A DNA stretch of 64,000 bases from Candidatus Moraniibacteriota bacterium. Its GTDB lineage: Bacteria > Patescibacteriota > Minisyncoccia > Moranbacterales > UBA2206. Position numbers and translations under genes: made by a program. How positions within the stretch are numbered: position 1 is the first letter of the stretch; each line of letters starts with the position of its first letter. Of the stretch, positions 46,301 to 53,994 are shown piece by piece. Below the pieces are notes generated by a model, which was given only the letters and a program-made list of their open reading frames with translations, did not search any database and had not been told where the DNA came from. The stretch is from positions 659 through 64,658 of the forward strand of contig JAPLXG010000008.1 of the NCBI GenBank assembly GCA_026396175.1. Reading direction: 5' to 3'.

Positions 46301-46405
46301 AGTTTCCTCTTCTTCTGATTGCTGTTGCAGTTTGGAAACTAATTTACTGGAGATTTCCTCTTTTTCTTTTTCCGTCCCGGCAGTTTTTTTTGTGACTTGA
46401 ATCAT
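43385..46405 (-). CDS. tandem-duplicated GspE/PilB-type secretion ATPase (two complete T2SS-E units in one 1006-aa polypeptide)
   Basis: Two Walker A boxes 'GPTGSGKTTTLYA' (about residues 300 and 760). Each is followed by Asp/His boxes and a tetra-Cys zinc motif (CDCKEEY...GCLKCGNTGYKGR and CECKTKI...GCDKCNHLGYKGR). Each unit is preceded by a GspE-N-like domain. Confidence 0.8.
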   Translation of the reverse strand: MIQVTKKTAGTEKEKEEISSKLVSKLQQQSEEEETAQLAAKLELPYIDTNIVPVSIDSLKLIDESDARKFSVAVIQKKSKLATIVATNPLQEGVKEFLQSFSEKTGLKIKMFIISKYNFERVLEKYKKIVFTEILDQLNLTIGDKELTDFEAALKNLLELKERIKEMPITDVMNTIMAGAYTLGASDVHIEPQEKDFRLRYRIDGVLQDVAFFPLNIHKRIATRIKMMSGMKLNLADMAQDGTFDISLANKKIAIRASSIPGNYGESIVMRLLDPDSINVNIEELGLQGLAYEIVQKQIEAPNGMILTTGPTGSGKTTTLYAIISKLNTPDKKIITIEDPIEYQLKGVSQTQIEKARGYTFATGLRAIVRQDPDIILVGEIRDDETADIAVNSALTGHLVLSTFHTNSAIASIPRLIEMGVKPSFIAPAVNAIIGQRLVRKLCDCKEEYVPARETVESIKKILSIISPRAKVEIPKNINKLYRPKGCLKCGNTGYKGRMGIFEVLTISPETEKMILDLAGETEITMAVLEEGMVTMLQDGILKAVSGVTSIDEVKKVTGQGEFLEGIYEKLMAQTLGSTLPIKKEFYDKTLDNVNDFAKMQTLLAGTKITDAIKIIFSAAQILGVGDIHIEPEKESVKIRFRIDGILQTIASLPLTEYTTFLGQVKMLSGVKTEARQGVIDSRFSITFDDELTELKEKSVDIRVSIILGGFGETVVMRLLSKSSVELNLDKLGIRKQNLEKIKHEISKPNGVVLNTGPTGSGKTTTLYAILNLIKNPEIKIITVEDPIEYQMEGILQTPVSEKDGYTFSTALRALLRQNPDIMMIGEIRDNETAQIAVQAALTGHLVLSTLHTNNASGAVARMLNMGVKPEDIVSGVNAFIAQRLVRTLCECKTKIAPTAEEKQKMEKVLKTISPKAQVEIPKIAGIYKPNGCDKCNHLGYKGRTTISEIFLFSREIQEAVMHNAVTSELNQKAMDEGMITMAQDGILKVLEGETTLEEVERVTEI

Positions 46406-46580
46406 ATTTTTATATTTAGAGGGAATTTTTATAGCCTTATTCTAGCATAAAAAGTCAAAACAAAAAACAGCCTACCTTTGATTCGCAGGAACGGGTTTGA
46501 AACCCGTTTCGCATATTTTGCTAATTTATGGATTTGGGTAAAGTGTTATAAAATTGAATCAGCGAAAAGATTAAGTTGGT

Positions 46581-46612
46581 AAACTAAAAGGAGCGGGTTG
46601 CAAACCCGCTCC
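46581..46612 (-). terminator. intrinsic terminator downstream of the DHH gene
   Basis: On the minus strand: GGAGCGGGTTtgcaAACCCGCTCC followed by ttttagttt. A CCTGCC...GGCAGG palindrome lies at 46646-46667. Confidence 0.6.
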
Positions 46613-46680
46613 TGCGATGCTTATTCGTACATTCGTATTTAATTCGCCTGCCTGTCCGGTAGGCAGGTAATTCGTAGAGA

Positions 46681-47808
46681 CTACAAGCTTTCAATTTTCC
46701 CCTGAATCGTCTTCGCCGCCAAAATCAAATCACTTCCCGCCAGTTTAATTTCCAAAGTTTCATTGCTCGCAGTCGCCCCAAACAGCAAGGCGATTTTTTG
46801 CAGAAGTTCATTGTTTACAGTCTTAATCACCGCCAAGGAACTGGACGGGGTGTCGTTGTAGAGAATCATAAAAATCTGGCCGTCGCTATAATTTTCTTGC
46901 AATTTATCCAAGATGACTGGCAAGCTTTCCGGCGTTGTTCGGCTTTGGACAAAATCATCCAGGCTCAAGGCCGCCCAAGCGAGCTTGCTTTTTTCTTCCC
47001 AACTGAGTTTACTCATCACTCGTCCCAAAAGTTTCAAGATAGAAAGCGGTTGAGTTTTATAGAGCCAGCGGATGATGCCTTGCTGGTCAGCGCCACGGTC
47101 CATGAGATCTGCCGCGGCGGAAAGGGCTTTTGGGGTGGTATTTTTCTTTTGGAAATTTCCAGTGGCACCAATGATGCCAACCATAAGGCAGGTGGCGATA
47201 TTTTTATCAAAGCTAATCGCATCGATATTTTCCAAAACTGGTTTCAAGATTTCCGCGCAAGATGATGCAGTAATGTCAACTAAATTAATCTGACCAAAAT
47301 TTTCATTATTACTGCGGTGATCAATATTGATGACCGGCACTTCAAAAAACAAATCAGAATTGTTGAGATAAATTTGTCCGAGACTCTCAAGATCCGGACT
47401 ATCCAAAACGACAATCAAATCGTATTTGAATTTAGCCAAAATGAAAGAAAAATCGCGCGGATCAATCGAGCCTTTTTCCGGAGTGAGGTAAACATTAAAA
47501 GCATCGCCAATTATTTCTTGACGCAGGCCGGTGATTTTATTGCGACTGGTATCAAACGACAAAACAAACTCGCGCGCGCCGGAGATTTCCGCGGTGATAT
47601 TTTTTGGGTGGGGGAGAAACTCAAATTTTGTCTCAGCCAGCTTTTTACCGGAAACGATCGTGGCAGGAATGCTTCTGTTCTCCAAAAAAAACGCCAATGC
47701 AAAAGCACTGCCGATGTCGTCAAAACCGGGGTTTTCAGGAATAAAGATGAGCACATCTTTAGCTTCGGTGATAAATTTCTGAAATTGTTCTTGAGGAATG
47801 AGGCTCAT
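46681..47808 (-). CDS. DHH-DHHA1 phosphoesterase (NrnA-like)
   Basis: 375 aa. 'VINIDHRSNNENFG' carries the DHH-motif region with DHR instead of DHH; 'GIIGATGNF' is the DHHA1 GGGH-like region. Confidence 0.6.
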   Translation of the reverse strand: MSLIPQEQFQKFITEAKDVLIFIPENPGFDDIGSAFALAFFLENRSIPATIVSGKKLAETKFEFLPHPKNITAEISGAREFVLSFDTSRNKITGLRQEIIGDAFNVYLTPEKGSIDPRDFSFILAKFKYDLIVVLDSPDLESLGQIYLNNSDLFFEVPVINIDHRSNNENFGQINLVDITASSCAEILKPVLENIDAISFDKNIATCLMVGIIGATGNFQKKNTTPKALSAAADLMDRGADQQGIIRWLYKTQPLSILKLLGRVMSKLSWEEKSKLAWAALSLDDFVQSRTTPESLPVILDKLQENYSDGQIFMILYNDTPSSSLAVIKTVNNELLQKIALLFGATASNETLEIKLAGSDLILAAKTIQGKIESL

Positions 47809-47909
47809 GGGAAAAATAGAATTTAGGGTTTTTTAGACATTACTGTTTTTGGGTAGTATTTCAAGGTAGCAAGGATTTTGGCGGGTGTCAAATGTTGATA
47901 TTTATCAAA

Positions 47910-47977
47910 GAGGCTCAACCTCCATAATGGAGGTTGAGCCTCTGATGTTGGTTCAGTGTCTCCTGACCTGAACCAAC
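47910..47977. repeat. two tandem perfect hairpins (13-bp and 10-bp stems) downstream of ispG
   Basis: GAGGCTCAACCTCCataatGGAGGTTGAGCCTC and GTTGGTTCAGtgtctcctgaccTGAACCAAC. There is no clear U-tract, so terminator function is uncertain. Confidence 0.5.
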
Positions 47978-48001
47978 GGGGGATTATGGTAAAAATAAAA
48001 A

Positions 48002-49054
48002 TCACAATTTCTCAATCTCTTCCAAAAGCGCGCTGAGAATATCTTTTTCTTTCACGGATTTAATTACTTTACCTTTGGCAAAGATCGCCCCCATCCCTTT
48101 GCCACCAGCCACGCCGATGTCAGCTTCACGGGCTTCGCCGGGGCCGTTGACCACGCAGCCCATCACGGCAATGTGAATATCTTTGTCGATATCTCTCACT
48201 GCTTGTTCTACTTTGTTCGCCAGACCAATGAGATCGATTTGCGTTCGTCCGCAAGTTGGGCAACTGGTGACAGTCACACCTTTTTTTCGGAGTTTCAAAG
48301 ATTTCAAAATCTCCCAAGCCACTTTCATTTCTTCGACCGGACTCGCAGTGAGGGAAACGCGCAGAGTTGCGCCGATACCATCATAGAGGAGGATTCCCAG
48401 ACCAATTGAAGACATCACAGTTCCGCGAAAAATTGTGCCCGCTTCGGTCACGCCAATGTGGAGCGGGTAATCCACTTTTCTGGAGAGCAGGCGATAGGCC
48501 TCAACCGTGCGCTCAATGTCGGAAGCTTTCAGGGAAACTAGAATATCTTTGAATTTATATTTCTCTAGGATTTTGATGTGACGCATCGCTGACTCCACCA
48601 TCCCTTCCGCCGTGACCTTATCTTTATATTTTTTTAAAATGTCTTTTTCCAGAGATCCGCCGTTGATTCCGATTCTGATTGGAATCTTATTTTTCTTGCA
48701 CGCCATCACTACCGCTTTAATTTTATCTTCCGAACCAATATTGCCCGGATTAATGCGCACCTTGTCAATGCCTTGAGCGATTACTTCCAGGGCTAACTTG
48801 TAATCAAAATGAATGTCAGCGACCAGGGGAATGTGGATTTGCTTCTTTATTTTTCCAATCGCTTTCGCTGCTTCCATGTCCAGAATCGCCACGCGCACAA
48901 TCTCGCAGCCAGCTTTTTCCAGCTCCAATATTTGCGCGACAGTAGACGCGACATCGCGGGTGTCAGTATTGCACATCGATTGCACGCGCACTGGATTATT
49001 TCCGCCTAATTCATAGGGCCCGACTTTAACGACGCGGGATTTATATTTTGGCAT
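48002..49054 (-). CDS. ispG: 4-hydroxy-3-methylbut-2-en-1-yl diphosphate synthase (flavodoxin)
   Basis: 350 aa. 'VRVSLTASPVEEMKVAWEILKSL' and the [4Fe-4S] cysteines 'TSCPTCGRTQIDL' and 'GCVVNGPGEAREADIG'. Confidence 0.85.
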   Translation of the reverse strand: MPKYKSRVVKVGPYELGGNNPVRVQSMCNTDTRDVASTVAQILELEKAGCEIVRVAILDMEAAKAIGKIKKQIHIPLVADIHFDYKLALEVIAQGIDKVRINPGNIGSEDKIKAVVMACKKNKIPIRIGINGGSLEKDILKKYKDKVTAEGMVESAMRHIKILEKYKFKDILVSLKASDIERTVEAYRLLSRKVDYPLHIGVTEAGTIFRGTVMSSIGLGILLYDGIGATLRVSLTASPVEEMKVAWEILKSLKLRKKGVTVTSCPTCGRTQIDLIGLANKVEQAVRDIDKDIHIAVMGCVVNGPGEAREADIGVAGGKGMGAIFAKGKVIKSVKEKDILSALLEEIEKL

Positions 49055-49192
49055 AAAATTAAACTTAATCGATTGGTTTAATCTTACTATAAGAGCAGTT
49101 TATTTAAAAGTGCAGAGGTATTGTCAAATTACAAGTCTTATGCTAGCTTTTCAGGTAGCAAACAAACATTTAACATCAGAAGGGGGTGGTTC

Positions 49193-49363
49193 ATGGTGAA
49201 TAGAAGTATAGCTAGTGTAAAGCTAGTAAAGGATGATGGTTGTGTGGGCGACGATTATTATCTCGTCGTGTATAGCAATGGAGACAAGAAGGAATTTACT
49301 GCCAGCGTACTGTCAGAATTTTCCAAGGCTTATCTCGATTCATTCTGTAGCCAAAAAAAATAG
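49193..49363 (+). CDS. small hypothetical protein (56 aa)
   Basis: SD GAAGGGGGtggttcATG. MVNRSIASVKLVKDDGCVGDDYYLVVYSNGDKKEFTASVLSEFSKAYLDSFCSQKK*. Confidence 0.35.
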   Translation: MVNRSIASVKLVKDDGCVGDDYYLVVYSNGDKKEFTASVLSEFSKAYLDSFCSQKK

Positions 49364-49473
49364 CCAAGGTGATTCTATCTTGGTCCAACAGGCGGTCCAG
49401 CGAGGCCGTCTTCATTTTGGCGAAAAATGATAAACCCTTTCCTTTTTCCCAAAATCCGCTAAGCTTGAATTAT

Positions 49474-49977
49474 ATGCAAACTGAATTTATTACCGAAAAA
49501 ACTCAAGAGACGAAAAAACTGGGAAAATTGCTTGCCAGTGAGCTTTTCGGTGGAGAAGTGGTTTGTCTTTTTGGCGAACTTGGCGCGGGAAAAACGACTT
49601 TTACGCAAGGATTGCTTGAAGGCTTGGGGGCGGAAAAACCCTACACTAGCCCGACTTTTGTGGTGATGAAAGAATACAAAACAGTGAACAGTGAGCAGAG
49701 AACAGTGAACCTGCCTACGCCAAGGCTCCGGCAGGCAAGCAGTAAAGAGAAATTAAAAAGCGGGAAAATAAGTACAATTTATCATTTTGATGCGTATCGG
49801 GTGGAGGCGGAGGATATTTTGAACTTGGGTTGGGAGGAGATAATCGCCGATGAAAGCAATATTTGCATTATTGAATGGGCGGATAAGTTGGAGAAAATCA
49901 TTCCAGGGTGGGCAATTTGGATTGGGTTTGAATGGTTGGATGAAAATAGGCGGAAAATTATTTTGCGGCAAAAATGA
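49474..49977 (+). CDS. tsaE: tRNA threonylcarbamoyladenosine biosynthesis protein TsaE with an in-frame ~27-aa insertion
   Basis: Start at 49474 (MQTEFITEKT). P-loop 'GELGAGKTTFTQGL', 'SPTFVV' and 'IYHFDAYR'. The insertion between these two motifs (49680-49760) contains the GC-rich palindrome CCTGCCTACGCCAAGGCTCCGGCAGG and a triple 'aacagtga' repeat. Confidence 0.7.
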   Translation: MQTEFITEKTQETKKLGKLLASELFGGEVVCLFGELGAGKTTFTQGLLEGLGAEKPYTSPTFVVMKEYKTVNSEQRTVNLPTPRLRQASSKEKLKSGKISTIYHFDAYRVEAEDILNLGWEEIIADESNICIIEWADKLEKIIPGWAIWIGFEWLDENRRKIILRQK

Positions 49978-50125
49978 GGTAAGACAAGGCATAGACGAGT
50001 CCGCCGGCTGGCGGACTCGTCTCTACGGATGATAAAAATACCAAAAACTTGCTAAGATTGCAAAAGCGTGCTAAAAATACCTAAGTGTCTCAGAAGCTAA
50101 TTTATCAATAATTTATAAGAATTCT

Positions 50126-50398
50126 ATGCCAATCAAAAAAGCAGCCAAGAAATATATGCGGGTGACCGAGCGAAAGACCGAGAAAAACCGCAAAATTAAA
50201 GGTGCTTTCAAAAGCGCGGTGAAATATACCAAGGAAGCGGTTGCGAAAGCCGATGGAGAAAAAGCGACGGAATACTTGAAAAAATCGATCAAGGCGATTG
50301 ACAAGGCGGTGGAAAAAAACGTGATGCACAAAAATACCGCAGCGAGAAAAAAATCACGATTGAACAAGGCCGTGAAGGCGCTCGTACTTAAGAAATAG
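50126..50398 (+). CDS. rpsT: 30S ribosomal protein S20
   Basis: 90 aa, basic. 'MPIKKAAKKYMRVTERKTEKNRKIKGAFKSAVK'. Confidence 0.85.
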   Translation: MPIKKAAKKYMRVTERKTEKNRKIKGAFKSAVKYTKEAVAKADGEKATEYLKKSIKAIDKAVEKNVMHKNTAARKKSRLNKAVKALVLKK

Positions 50399-50417
50399 TT
50401 TTTCTTGTTTTGAAATA

Positions 50418-50458
50418 AAAAAGCCACCTGAAAGTTCAGGTGGTTTTTTGTTTTTTTC
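50418..50458 (+). terminator. intrinsic terminator of rpsT
   Basis: aaaaagCCACCTGaaagttCAGGTGGttttttgttttttt. Confidence 0.75.
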
Positions 50459-50607
50459 TGTGTCATCCCCGAGAAGTTGGGGATCCAGGCGCCTCAGGCT
50501 AAAAATAAAGAGAACGCTAATTATTAAAATTCAGGACTTACTGAAATAGAGAACCTGCTTGATTTACAGCTCATTTTTCTAATTTTGTAACTAGTGGAAC
50601 CTGGATT

Positions 50608-50655
50608 CCCTGCCTACCCTACCTACCGGCAGGCAGGCGGCAGGCAGGCCGCCGG
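50608..50655. repeat. expanded copy of the CCTGCC...GGCAGG palindromic repeat
   Basis: ccctgcctaccctacctaccggcaggcaggcggcaggcaggccgccgg. Sits in a 475-bp hairpin-rich intergenic region (50399-50873). Confidence 0.6.
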
Positions 50656-50873
50656 AGTTTATGCTTGTGAAACGGGTGCGGTAATGACACTTGGGGCGGG
50701 TGGCTTTTTGTATTTGCGTAAAGCATAACGCAGGTTCAATCGTCTCGATTGAACCTCGTGTTTCTGGCGAGGCTAGCTAATAATGGTGATAAAATTTATA
50801 GCACAGGCTGGCGGGTTAGCTTTACCAGAAATAGATGATTCAGGCGAGGACGCCTGAACCTGCACTTTTTAAC

Positions 50874-51848
50874 TTATAGCTCCACAATAAACTTATCCAA
50901 AGAAAGTTTGATATCCGCTTGCCCTGTTTTAATTTTCGTGTCTAGTGCGCCGAGTTTTTTGTGGATGGTGATCAATTTTTTTTCACCGAAATTTCTCGCT
51001 TGCGCGAAACTTTTTTTCACCACGAACGGATGAATCTTTGCGAGTTTAGCTATTTCAAATTCGCTAAAAATTCCATTTTCTTGCAGAGAGGCGATGCGCA
51101 AAAGATTTCTAAATTGATAGACAAACATCGAAAAAAGATAGAATGGATCATCGCCTTGGTCAAGATGGCGATGGAATAGTTCCAGCGCTTTTTGCTTGCG
51201 ATTAGCGCTAAGCGCCTCGATTGTTTCAAAAATATTATTATCCAAATTGGCCTTAGTGAGCAGATCAACTGCCTCGGCGCTGATAATCTCCGGCTGGGAA
51301 TAGCTGATTAATTTTCCTAGTTCTGTCGTAAGTAAGGCTGTATCATTGCCGACGTAGGCAATTAGTTTTTCCAACGCTTCTTTCGAGGTTGAAGCTTCTG
51401 GATTAGCTTTTTTAACTTCCGTCAAAACCCATTGGTTTAATTTTATTCCAGTAAGTTTTTCAAAATTTTGTTTTTTAGCCTGCTCCAAAAGAAATTTGAA
51501 AAGCGCATTATTTTTTCTGGGAACATTTTCTTCCCAAAAAATTATCACTGAGTCGCTGTCGGTTTTTAGTTTCTCGCTATTTTCTTTCAAAAATTTCAGG
51601 ATCTTCGCCTGCTCATCGCTCGGCGACTCAGCAATAATTTTTTTGAGAATAATTAATTTTTTTGAAGAAAAAAGTCCGGAAGCGGAAAGGGCGGAACGCA
51701 TTTTTTCCAACGCGCTTTCTTTTGATTCAGATGCATCAAACAAAGACAAACCCGATCCGGATTTGTCATTGAGAGAAAACTTATTTTTTATTTCCAGCAC
51801 TTTTTCCAAAGAGCGGAAATTATCTTCGCCGTAGAGAAAGAAAAGCAT
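50874..51848 (-). CDS. holA: DNA polymerase III delta subunit
   Basis: 324 aa. 'MLFFLYGEDNFRSLEKVLEIKNKF' is the HolA N-terminus. The C-terminus has the clamp-loader collar. Confidence 0.7.
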   Translation of the reverse strand: MLFFLYGEDNFRSLEKVLEIKNKFSLNDKSGSGLSLFDASESKESALEKMRSALSASGLFSSKKLIILKKIIAESPSDEQAKILKFLKENSEKLKTDSDSVIIFWEENVPRKNNALFKFLLEQAKKQNFEKLTGIKLNQWVLTEVKKANPEASTSKEALEKLIAYVGNDTALLTTELGKLISYSQPEIISAEAVDLLTKANLDNNIFETIEALSANRKQKALELFHRHLDQGDDPFYLFSMFVYQFRNLLRIASLQENGIFSEFEIAKLAKIHPFVVKKSFAQARNFGEKKLITIHKKLGALDTKIKTGQADIKLSLDKFIVEL

Positions 51849-51875
51849 ATGGTTGCATAAACGGTTAGCGCTCCG

Positions 51876-52976
51876 TTAGTTGATAACTTCCCATTTCAGG
51901 TTTTGTCCCGGCTCCAAGATTTCTACCCAGATTTGTCCAGGCACAAATTGCACTTCTTGTCCGCTTGAGTCATAGAAGAATAGTTTGTTTTTTGCGTCAG
52001 ATTTGTCCTTTTTCCAAGTGCCGGCCATTTCTTTTCCATCCATATAGTAGTGGGCATCGCCGGTATCAACTGAATCAAACCAAGGATCGCCCAATTGGAC
52101 ATTGTTGTATTGCTCTCCTTCAACTAGCTGATCAGATTGAGCCATTAAGACGACGACGTTTTTGGGAGCCAATCTTTTGCCATTATTTCGGTCAGTGTCA
52201 GCCGTTCCGCCCCAGCTGCGCAGATAGGAATTGCTGGCTTTGTCATAGTCGTAGGTCACATCATAGGGCTTGGCAAAAGCGACGCGCAAATGTCCGCCAT
52301 TCGGTCTTTGGTCAAGCGGAGCTTCATCTTTGTGAGGATAACCGACAAATTTATTTTGTAAGTTATAGCCAAAAGCTTTGGCGCCTTCCAGAAGTTTAGC
52401 AAATTTAGCATAACCAGTGTCTACGCCTCGCGCCATACCGGTCTTTCGATAGCAATATTGTTCAGCGGATTTTCCGGCGTCATTATTGCAATTCATATCG
52501 TCATAAGTTCTGCTGTCCAAAACATCTTTGAATTTTTGAATATTTGATCGTCCCCAATGAACAAAAATGGCGTCGAGTCCGGCAGCGAGACTAAGAAAGT
52601 CATGTCGCGCGCTGCGCATCGAACCGACATCTTCCGGGTTGCCGCAAACATAAACACCCATTAGACGAGTAATCGAAGCGGTAATCACAGGCATTTCAAA
52701 AACCATATCGGCATCAGAAAAACCGGAAGCGGGACGAGCGGAAACATCAGCTGGTTGCATCACAGCCACTGCTCTTCTGCTCTTATCATCACAAGGCAAC
52801 CCGGAGAGGTAACTGACATCAGCGGGATTTCTGGGCGTGACCGTGTCGATTTTTTGGTTGACGTCAATTTGTTTTTTTGGTGCTTGTTGGCCTCTTTTTT
52901 TCACAAAGATAAAGGCACCAACGGCGATAATTATTATCACCAATGTAATGATAATTTTTTGCTTTTTTTCCATCAA
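51876..52976 (-). CDS. DUF3048-family (YerB-like) secreted/anchored protein
   Basis: 366 aa. N-terminal TM anchor. 'LSGLPCDDKSRRAVAVMQPADVSARP' matches the DUF3048 signature. GC content is visibly higher than neighbouring genes. Confidence 0.55.
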   Translation of the reverse strand: MMEKKQKIIITLVIIIIAVGAFIFVKKRGQQAPKKQIDVNQKIDTVTPRNPADVSYLSGLPCDDKSRRAVAVMQPADVSARPASGFSDADMVFEMPVITASITRLMGVYVCGNPEDVGSMRSARHDFLSLAAGLDAIFVHWGRSNIQKFKDVLDSRTYDDMNCNNDAGKSAEQYCYRKTGMARGVDTGYAKFAKLLEGAKAFGYNLQNKFVGYPHKDEAPLDQRPNGGHLRVAFAKPYDVTYDYDKASNSYLRSWGGTADTDRNNGKRLAPKNVVVLMAQSDQLVEGEQYNNVQLGDPWFDSVDTGDAHYYMDGKEMAGTWKKDKSDAKNKLFFYDSSGQEVQFVPGQIWVEILEPGQNLKWEVIN

Positions 52977-53073
52977 TTTAAATTTTAAAAGTTACTTATC
53001 TATTATATAGTAGTAATTAAAATTAGGGAAGGACGCGGGATGTGATGGAAAATACACAGGAGAATACACGCCA

Positions 53074-53101
53074 TTGACAAAATCCAGCCATTTGCTATAT
53101 T
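53074..53101 (+). promoter_or_regulatory. sigma70-like promoter (TTGACA-N16-TATATT)
   Basis: Perfect -35 hexamer at 53074-53079 and TATATT at 53096-53101, upstream of the Cys-rich small-protein operon. Confidence 0.45.
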
Positions 53102-53304
53102 GGTGGCATGCATAGTTTAATTTTTCAAACCAAGCGCGTCAATAATAATTCCGGGATTACCCCGGATCGGCTTTGGTTTTTGAAAAATGAAAATTAGCGC
53201 ATAAGAAAGAATCATTTTTAAAAAATCGGAAGCCGGTCCCAGGGACTCGGTTTTTTTGTTTCTTGACAACTTAGAAAGATATTTTTTAGGAAAGGGGGTG
53301 GCCT

Positions 53305-53502
53305 ATGCCATCAACAGCTTTGTTTGTTTGCCAGATCTGTGGCAAAAAAGTCAGGTGTATTTTTATCCACAACAGAAAATGTGATGGGCGTTGTTTTCTA
53401 GATAGCTGTGTCTGGGAAAAAGCCCAGCCGGAAATAATTCTAACCGATGAGCATGAGGCATGTAAAAATCCCGATCATCATCACATGGACGGGCATGCCT
53501 AG
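53305..53502 (+). CDS. small Cys/His-rich protein (65 aa)
   Basis: SD GGAAAGGGGGTGG 7 nt before the ATG. MPSTALFVCQICGKKVRCIFIHNRKCDGRCFLDSCVWEKAQPEIILTDEHEACKNPDHHHMDGHA: seven Cys and a C-terminal HHHxxGH. Confidence 0.4.
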   Translation: MPSTALFVCQICGKKVRCIFIHNRKCDGRCFLDSCVWEKAQPEIILTDEHEACKNPDHHHMDGHA

Positions 53503-53516
53503 GAAAGGAGAAGGAT

Positions 53517-53690
53517 ATGGAACCTATGGAAAAAGCCAAACATTCACTGGATGAAATGGAAGTATGTAATAGTTGCGGGAGGGTGGCATATTCTAAATTA
53601 AGACTTCCTGCGTCAGCAGTATTTGCTGAACCGGTAAAAAAAGTGATACTAATTATCTGTAATAAATGCAAGAGAGGAGGTGTCAGATGA
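53517..53690 (+). CDS. small zinc-ribbon-like protein (57 aa)
   Basis: Below the track cutoff. SD GGAAAGGAGAAGGatATG. MEPMEKAKHSLDEMEVCNSCGRVAYSKLRLPASAVFAEPVKKVILIICNKCKRGGVR*. Two CxxC pairs. The stop overlaps the next start (ATGA). Confidence 0.4.
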   Translation: MEPMEKAKHSLDEMEVCNSCGRVAYSKLRLPASAVFAEPVKKVILIICNKCKRGGVR

Positions 53691-53893
53691 GGAGAACATG
53701 TAGCAATTGTGGAGGACATCTGTTCGTCCCAAGGCTTTGCGCAAATGTCTGCAGGCGCAAAGACGATGCTTTAATCACCCTTCCCGTTGAGCAGGCCAGC
53801 GGGTGCAGCTTATTCAGCGAGGAGGATGAGAATTCAAATCTTGATTATCTTGTGATTCTCGGTTTAGTGGGAGAGGATGTCTTATGCAACTAA
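53687..53893 (+). CDS. small Cys-rich protein (68 aa), translationally coupled to the previous gene
   Basis: SD AGAGGAGGtgtcagATG. MRRTCSNCGGHLFVPRLCANVCRRKDDALITLPVEQASGCSLFSEEDENSNLDYLVILGLVGEDVLCN. Confidence 0.4.
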   Translation: MRRTCSNCGGHLFVPRLCANVCRRKDDALITLPVEQASGCSLFSEEDENSNLDYLVILGLVGEDVLCN

Positions 53894-53906
53894 GCATTCC
53901 CTTTAC

Positions 53907-53949
53907 GGGGTGGGAGTTCTAATTTTAGAATTCTCACCCTCTTTTTTTG
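53907..53949 (+). terminator. intrinsic terminator of the Cys-rich small-protein operon
   Basis: GGGGTGGGAGTTCTAAttttAGAATTCTCACCC followed by tcttttttt. Confidence 0.6.
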
Positions 53950-53994
53950 CTTGTTTTTATGCTAAGATGGAGTTACTGAAATAATTTTAGTATT

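Noticed and set aside
46480-46520. tRNA-like T-arm ACGGGTTTGAAACCCGT
   Set aside because: There is no complementary 5' acceptor strand. Together with the 46591-46612 hairpin it behaves as a tandem minus-strand terminator of the DHH gene.
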